NCBI GenBank assembly: GCA_035527255.1
Contig: DATLAW010000237.1
Span: forward strand, 7,905 to 71,904
From: Thermohalobaculum sp.
GTDB lineage: Bacteria; Pseudomonadota; Alphaproteobacteria; Rhodobacterales; Rhodobacteraceae
Direction of reading: 5' to 3'
DNA length: 64,000 bases
The notes beneath the pieces are model-generated. The model did no database searches and had not been told where the DNA came from. It worked only from the letters and a program-made list of their open reading frames with translations. Shown here in pieces: positions 58,486 to 64,000 of the stretch (position 1 is its first letter; each line of letters opens with the position of its first letter). The position numbers and the translations under genes are program-made.

Positions 58486-59290
58486 GGCCATAGACGGTCA
58501 TGTTGACCTCCGGGTCGCCGGTGATACCCGGCTCGGTCTCATACACGAACACCGCCATCAGGCGCTGGCGGTCGCCGGATACGGGGGAGACCCGGTGCAG
58601 CGAGTTGCAGCCACGGAATATGGTCAACTCACTGGCCTCGCGAGACACCGTCCGGACCTGGGCGCGGCCGCCGTTCAGCACGTCGGTCATGTAGGCGATG
58701 TCCTCGTCGTCCTCGCTTCGCCTTGTGTTGGGCGCAAGCTCGAACAGTCCGCCACTCTCGGCCGCCTGGAGCATCAGGGTCATGGTGAACGCGTTGTTCG
58801 AATCGTAGTGCCAGGCCGACTGGTCGCCGGCGCCGTAGCAGATGACGTTGACGGGCTGGAGGAGGTCTTCGTTCGGGAACAGCTTGCGCTCACCGACGAT
58901 CGCCGCCACCATCTCCTGAAACGGTGGCCAATGGTAGAGCTTTTTCAAGTTCGAGGCAGCGGGCAACAGGTCGGCGGCGATCATGCGGTAGCGCGCCCGG
59001 TTCACGATGTTGCGCGGGTGGTCGGGGGCATGGTCCGGGCTGCCCTTGCGCTGCAAATAGCAATTGCGCAAGGAATTGGCGGCGTTGGCGCGGTCCTGCA
59101 GCGACACCGCTTCCTTCGCCGAAGCATCGACGGCATCTGCCAGAAGGAAACCCGGCAGCGAACAATACTGATCGCGATCGAGCCGCGCACGGCAGTCGCT
59201 GACGAGGCGCGCCAGAACATCGCCGCCCCAATCGAGCGGATAGCGCTGGAAATCGATCGGCGGGGTCATATCTTTCTGATGTTTCATCAT
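58469..59290 (-). CDS. Fe(II)/2-oxoglutarate-dependent dioxygenase-like protein, paralog A
   Basis: 273 aa. WHYD (HxD) then SLHRVSPV..GDRQR 71 residues later. Colinear similarity to paralog B (DxxRYP, LPGF, WHYD, GG.FE, SLHRV.PV). Confidence 0.6.
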   Translation of the reverse strand: MMKHQKDMTPPIDFQRYPLDWGGDVLARLVSDCRARLDRDQYCSLPGFLLADAVDASAKEAVSLQDRANAANSLRNCYLQRKGSPDHAPDHPRNIVNRARYRMIAADLLPAASNLKKLYHWPPFQEMVAAIVGERKLFPNEDLLQPVNVICYGAGDQSAWHYDSNNAFTMTLMLQAAESGGLFELAPNTRRSEDDEDIAYMTDVLNGGRAQVRTVSREASELTIFRGCNSLHRVSPVSGDRQRLMAVFVYETEPGITGDPEVNMTVYGRTGAS

Positions 59291-59326
59291 GTTATCCAGT
59301 TCTCGGTGCCCGCGTGAAATTCGGAG

Positions 59327-61372
59327 TCAACCTATCAGCGGATGATGACAGGTTACGATTCGACCGTCGGACATCACCGTTTCACCCGGCGGTTCGGCCT
59401 TGCACAGATCGGTTGCGTATTTGCAGCGGGTGTGGAATTCGCAGCCGGAGGGGCGGTTGGTCAGGCTCGGCACTTCGCCTTCGATAGACAATAGCGTGCG
59501 CCGCTTGTTTGGGTCCGGTTGCGGCACACCCCTGACCAGCGCTTCGGTGTAGGGATGCGCGGGCCGCTCAAAGATCATCTCGCAATCGCCCCGCTCGACA
59601 AGACGACCCAGATACATGATCGCCAGTTTATCGCTGATATGGCGGACCACGGGCAGGTTGTGGCTGATGATCAGGTAACCGAGACCATGCTCGCCCTGCA
59701 ATTCGCTCATCAGGTTCAGGATTTCGCCCTGAACCGAGACGTCGAGGCCGGCGGTCGGCTCGTCGGCGATGATCAATTTCGGGTTCAGCGCCAGCGCGCG
59801 GGCCACTCCAACGCGGCGCGCCTGGCCGCCAGATAGCTCGTGCGGGTAGCGCGACAAGAAATTATGCGGCAGCCTGACCATTTCGCAGAGGCGGGCGGCT
59901 TCGATGTCGAGATTCTTTCCGGCAAGGCCGTGGATCTCGAACGGCTCGGTGATCAGTGAGCGGACCGTCTGGCGTGGGCTGAGCGAACCAATCGGGTCCT
60001 GGAACATCATCGCCATATCGCGGCGCAGCGGCTTGAAGGCGCGCGGAGACAGTTTGAGCACGTCAACGCCCTCGAACACTGCGGTGCCCGCCCGCGCCTC
60101 GACCAAACCAAGGATCGCCCGGCCGAGGGTGGTCTTGCCTGAGCCGCTTTCGCCGACCAGACCCAGGGTCTCGCCCGCATGCAGCGAGAGCGATGCGTCG
60201 AGGACGGCATCGACGAACGGCTCAGCAATCCCTTTGATCCTGGCCTTGAGCGCGCCCATGATCCGGAACCGAACGCTCAGATGCGAGACCTCGAGCAGGG
60301 GTACCGTGCCATGCGGAGCGTCCTTGACAATCAGTTCCCCGGCCCGCCTCGAGGACGCCTCGGTGACTGTGGACGGATCGGAGGATGCGTCCGGCACCAA
60401 CGTCGCGTCCAGCAGATGGCAACGGGCGGCGTGGCCGTCCGAGGTGACCCGATGGCTCGCGGGTCGGCGCGAAGTGCATACGGGCAATGCCCTGGGGCAG
60501 CGTGGCGCGAACACGCAGCCGGTCAGTTTGACATGTGAATCCGGAATGTCGCCGGGAATGATCGGGAGATACCGCGACCGGGTGGTCTCGCGCGCCGGAT
60601 CGCAATCCAGCAGCGCCTTGGTATAGGGGTGTGTGGCGTTGAAGAAAATCTCGCTGACACTGCCAGATTCGAACACCTCGCCCGCGTACATCACGACGAC
60701 CTCGTCGCAAAGCTCGGCGATCAGGCCGAGATTGTGCGAGACCAGCATGATAGTCGCCTCGAACTCGCTCTGCAGTTCGCGGATCAGGTGGATGATCTGC
60801 GCTTCCATGGTGACGTCGAGCGCCGTCGTCGGCTCGTCGGCGATCAGCAGCATCGGGTCCATCAACAACGCCATGGCGATACCGGCGCGCTGACGCATGC
60901 CGCCGCTGAATTGATGCGGGTACTGCGCTATGCGGCTCTCCGGGTCCGGGATACCGACACGGCGCATCATCTCGACTGCGCGGCGGCGTTTCTCGGCGTT
61001 CGGCATGCCCTTGCGGCGATAGAGGATATCGGCCATCTGCTGGCCGTAGGTCATCACCGGTGACTGCGATGTCATCGGATCTTGAAAAACGATCGAGGCC
61101 TTTTCGCCGCGAAAATCCATCATCCGGGACTCGTCGAACTTCAGGACATCCTCGCCATCGAACAGGGCTTCGCCATTCTCGATCACGGCATTGCCCGCAA
61201 GCAGTTGCGTTATCGTCCAGATCACGGTGCTCTTGCCCGACCCGCTCTCGCCGACGACGCCGACGATCTTTCCCTTTGGCACCTTGAAGCTGACGTCGCG
61301 CAGCGCATGCACGCGACCGCGCGGAGTGCGGAAATCAACGCTCAAGTTGCGGATGTCGAGGAGCGCCGTCAC
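59327..61372 (-). CDS. Fused double ATPase of a peptide/opine-type ABC transporter (DppD-DppF fusion)
   Basis: 681 aa. Two Walker A sites (GESGSGKST, GESGSGKTT), two LSGG signatures (FSGGMRQR, LSGGQARR) and oligopeptide-type C-terminal Cys motifs. Confidence 0.9.
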   Translation of the reverse strand: MTALLDIRNLSVDFRTPRGRVHALRDVSFKVPKGKIVGVVGESGSGKSTVIWTITQLLAGNAVIENGEALFDGEDVLKFDESRMMDFRGEKASIVFQDPMTSQSPVMTYGQQMADILYRRKGMPNAEKRRRAVEMMRRVGIPDPESRIAQYPHQFSGGMRQRAGIAMALLMDPMLLIADEPTTALDVTMEAQIIHLIRELQSEFEATIMLVSHNLGLIAELCDEVVVMYAGEVFESGSVSEIFFNATHPYTKALLDCDPARETTRSRYLPIIPGDIPDSHVKLTGCVFAPRCPRALPVCTSRRPASHRVTSDGHAARCHLLDATLVPDASSDPSTVTEASSRRAGELIVKDAPHGTVPLLEVSHLSVRFRIMGALKARIKGIAEPFVDAVLDASLSLHAGETLGLVGESGSGKTTLGRAILGLVEARAGTAVFEGVDVLKLSPRAFKPLRRDMAMMFQDPIGSLSPRQTVRSLITEPFEIHGLAGKNLDIEAARLCEMVRLPHNFLSRYPHELSGGQARRVGVARALALNPKLIIADEPTAGLDVSVQGEILNLMSELQGEHGLGYLIISHNLPVVRHISDKLAIMYLGRLVERGDCEMIFERPAHPYTEALVRGVPQPDPNKRRTLLSIEGEVPSLTNRPSGCEFHTRCKYATDLCKAEPPGETVMSDGRIVTCHHPLIG

Positions 61373-61375
61373 GGC

Positions 61376-62302
61376 CTAGCGCCCCTTGCGCAATTTGGGG
61401 TCGAGAACGTCACGCAGCGCCTCGCCAAGGAAGGTGAAGCCGAGCGTCGTCAGCACCAGCGGAATGCCCCCAGCGATGACCATCCACGGCGTGTCGCGGA
61501 TGATCAGATAACCTTCGTTGAGGATCGTCCCCCAACTCGCCGTCGGCGGCTGCACGCCGAGGCCGAGGAAGCTGAGGCCCGCCTCGATGGTCACAACGAC
61601 CGGCACGTCCATCGCCGCGAGGATCAGCAGCGGGCCGATGACGTTGGGCATGATATGGCGCGCGAGCGTCCGGGACATACTGGCGCCCAGCGATCGTTCG
61701 GCGATGATGAACTCGGCGTTCTTCAGCGCCAGCGTGCTGGTGCGCGCCAGCCGGCCATAGCCCGGGATCGAGGTCACGATGACGATAGCGAGCACCAATT
61801 TCAGACTGGGGCCGAGCAGCGCGACCGCGGCCAGCGCGAGAATGACCGTCGGGAAGGACCGGATGGTGTCGAACAAGAGCAGCAGCAGATTGTCGAGCCA
61901 CGCCGGCCCGTATCCGGCCAGCATTCCGAGGATCAAGCCGATGACGAGCGACACCGAGACGCCGATGGCGGCGACCTCGAGCGCAACGCGGCCGCCATAG
62001 AGCACCCTCGTATAGGTGTCGCGGCCGAGCTGGTCGGTACCCGCCCAATGCTGGGCAGTCGGGCCGGCCAAGCGGTTCGGGATATCCATTGCAAAGGGAT
62101 CATGCGTCGCGAATACGGGCGCGAAAATCGCACCCGCGAAAAACAAGAAGACCAGCAGCAGACCGAACATGCCAAGCGGGTTGCGCGCGAACAGGAACAG
62201 CTTCTCGCGCGCTATGCTGTAGCCTCGGTCGGGGACCGGGCTCGCCACAGTGGCGTAGTTATCAGAGGGAGTCACGGACACGGGGATCCAACCATGAAAC
62301 AA
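61376..62302 (-). CDS. ABC transporter permease (DppC/OppC type)
   Basis: 308 aa. WAGTDQLGRD and an EAA-loop region. Confidence 0.9.
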   Translation of the reverse strand: MFHGWIPVSVTPSDNYATVASPVPDRGYSIAREKLFLFARNPLGMFGLLLVFLFFAGAIFAPVFATHDPFAMDIPNRLAGPTAQHWAGTDQLGRDTYTRVLYGGRVALEVAAIGVSVSLVIGLILGMLAGYGPAWLDNLLLLLFDTIRSFPTVILALAAVALLGPSLKLVLAIVIVTSIPGYGRLARTSTLALKNAEFIIAERSLGASMSRTLARHIMPNVIGPLLILAAMDVPVVVTIEAGLSFLGLGVQPPTASWGTILNEGYLIIRDTPWMVIAGGIPLVLTTLGFTFLGEALRDVLDPKLRKGR

Positions 62303-63206
62303 GAAGATCGGCGATTAGGGTGACAACGACATAAAGCACGATTGTGGCGAGCACGGCGCCCTGAACAACTGGGAAATTGCGCGCCAACACCATGTCGTAG
62401 ATGATCCTGCCGACGCCGGGCCGCGAGAAGATGATCTCGGCGAAGACCGCTCCGGACAGCAGGCCGCCGAAGCCGACGCCCATCAGCGTAATGGTCGGCA
62501 GGATCGCGACCTTGAGCGCATAGCGAAAGACTATGGTCCGCGGCCTCAGCCCGAAGGCGCGCGCCGAGCGGATGTAGTTCTCGCCCATCACCTCCAGCAT
62601 CGAGGCACGCACCATGCGCGCGAGATAGCCGACCCACCCCAGGCCGACCGCGAAGGCGGGCAGGATCAGATGGGTGAGCTGATCGAGAATATCGCCTTCA
62701 TCGCCGGCCCCGATCACCGGCAGCCAGCGCAGGGCGATCGAGAACAGCAGGATTGCCCAAATCGACACCAGGAAGGACGGCACCGCGATGGTACCGACCG
62801 AAAGAATGCCGGTAAACCGGTCGAGCCAGCTATTCGGCCTGATCGCCGAGAGACACCCCAGTGGAATGCCGACCAGCGCCGACCAGCCGAGCGCCGCGAC
62901 CGCGAGGCTGACGGTGAAGGGCAGCTGCTCGGAGAGCGTCAGGCCGACGCTGCGGTTCGAGAACACATCCGAGCCCAGGTCGCCCTGCAGAACATTGCTG
63001 AGGAAGATCAGGAACTGATAGGGCAACGGTTTGTCGAGGTGCATCTTGGCGGCGTAGGCCGCCTGAATTTCAGGCGTCGCTCGCGGGCCGAGCGCGATGC
63101 TGACCGGGTCGCCCGGGATCATGTGCAGCATCAGAAACAGTGTCGCCACCGCCAACAGGATGATGACGATCGACAGAAGTAAGCGCTTTGCCAAATACAG
63201 GAACAT
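62262..63206 (-). CDS. ABC transporter permease (DppB/OppB type)
   Basis: 314 aa. N-terminal MFLYLAKRLL and C-terminal DLLVSWLDPRVR. Confidence 0.9.
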   Translation of the reverse strand: MFLYLAKRLLLSIVIILLAVATLFLMLHMIPGDPVSIALGPRATPEIQAAYAAKMHLDKPLPYQFLIFLSNVLQGDLGSDVFSNRSVGLTLSEQLPFTVSLAVAALGWSALVGIPLGCLSAIRPNSWLDRFTGILSVGTIAVPSFLVSIWAILLFSIALRWLPVIGAGDEGDILDQLTHLILPAFAVGLGWVGYLARMVRASMLEVMGENYIRSARAFGLRPRTIVFRYALKVAILPTITLMGVGFGGLLSGAVFAEIIFSRPGVGRIIYDMVLARNFPVVQGAVLATIVLYVVVTLIADLLVSWLDPRVRDSL

Positions 63207-63280
63207 GCCGCTTCAGGGTCCCATGCAATAGGATGAGACCGCCGGAACCCTATGGCCCCGGCGGCCGGATCAGCGGCAGG

Positions 63281-64000
63281 TTACTTCGGTTCGAAGTAAG
63301 TCAGTTGCATCTCGCCCGTAGGCGCGAACTGGGTTTTGATATCCGCGCGGTGGATAAAGACCTCCGGTTCGTGGGTCAGCCAGACATAGCCGCCGGTGTC
63401 TTCCATGATCTCCTGCATCCTAATCGCGATCTTGTGTCGTTCGCCCACAACAGACACCGATATAAGCTGCTTGTACAGATCCTCGAACTCGTCCGACGAC
63501 CAGCGCTCCCAGTTCCAGATGCCGACCTGGTCACGAACAAACCACTGGAACGGCTCGTAGGGGTCGGGACCGGAGCCGAAGCGCATGAGCCAGAGTTCGA
63601 GTTCCTTCCAGGTCTCTCCCTTGCTCTCCTGGCCCATCTCCCAGAACGGTCCGGAATCGAGCGGGATGATCTCTACCGTGATACCGATCTGAGCGAGATT
63701 GGCCTGGATGATCTGGGCCGCCAGCACGCGTTCCTGAGCGTTCAGTGTGCGCAGCGTCAGGGTAAGCCCGGAAACTCCTGCCTCTGCCAATAGCGCCTTC
63801 GCTTTCGCCGGGTCATACGAGTACCCAGTCTCCAGGCGACGCCCAACCAGCCCTGGGCAGACGACGCCGAAGGACGGCTCGGCCGTGCCGGAATAGGCGC
63901 CCTGGATGATCGAATCCTGATGGATCGCGTGCTGGATCGCCTGGCGGACCCGGATGTCCTGCAACTTAGGATGCTCGATATTGAGACCCATCCACATGTA
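63281..64000 (-). CDS. ABC transporter substrate-binding protein, family 5 (5' end beyond window)
   Basis: The C-terminal 238 aa are visible (YDPAKAKALLAEAG ... IPLDSG ...). The frame is open to the window edge. Confidence 0.85.
   Translation of the reverse strand, partial: YMWMGLNIEHPKLQDIRVRQAIQHAIHQDSIIQGAYSGTAEPSFGVVCPGLVGRRLETGYSYDPAKAKALLAEAGVSGLTLTLRTLNAQERVLAAQIIQANLAQIGITVEIIPLDSGPFWEMGQESKGETWKELELWLMRFGSGPDPYEPFQWFVRDQVGIWNWERWSSDEFEDLYKQLISVSVVGERHKIAIRMQEIMEDTGGYVWLTHEPEVFIHRADIKTQFAPTGEMQLTYFEPK

Noticed and set aside
57616-59290. Possibility that the tandem 2OG-oxygenase-like proteins are radical halogenases.
   Set aside because: Both retain Asp in the HxD position (WHYD). 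Halogenases of this superfamily have Gly or Ala there.

Overview
This is a high-G+C alphaproteobacterial chromosomal segment. The gene order (irr-fabA-fabB-fabI, TPR-ispE, rlmN-ialB, LemA-DUF2207) looks Hyphomicrobiales- or Rhodobacterales-like. All family calls come from motif and sequence memory, because no BLAST or HMM search could be run. I support about 65 protein genes, mostly housekeeping and catabolic. They include fatty-acid synthesis, a class III PHA synthase pair, a gcdH-davA-davB lysine-catabolism operon, ETF-QO, ubiA, moaB and cell-wall hydrolases. I found no rRNA, tRNA, CRISPR array, transposase, integrase, phage gene or recognisable defence gene. I cannot point to a clear-cut novel multi-gene system. 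The best candidates for something undescribed are listed here. (1) A 106-bp double-hairpin intergenic element occurs in three copies. Two copies are 94% identical. The third keeps the same 38-nt scaffold at identical offsets but has a completely different, still perfectly palindromic, hairpin. (2) A peptide-type ABC importer operon ends in two tandem paralogous Fe(II)/2-oxoglutarate dioxygenase-like genes joined by a 15-bp tandem repeat. (3) The right-hand part (51.8-57.6 kb) looks accessory and decaying. It holds a dppB'-'dppC junction fossil, an aldo-keto reductase stub and a perfect 21-bp tandem repeat in a divergent promoter. (4) There are two start/stop anomalies. A MAPEG gene has a perfect SD+ATG followed by an in-frame TAG at codon 6. 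ispE has its conserved N-terminus encoded upstream of any canonical start codon. (5) Twin GTGCGCA-N3-TGCGCAC palindromes sit in front of a GST gene. (6) A low-G+C islet carries two lipoprotein genes.
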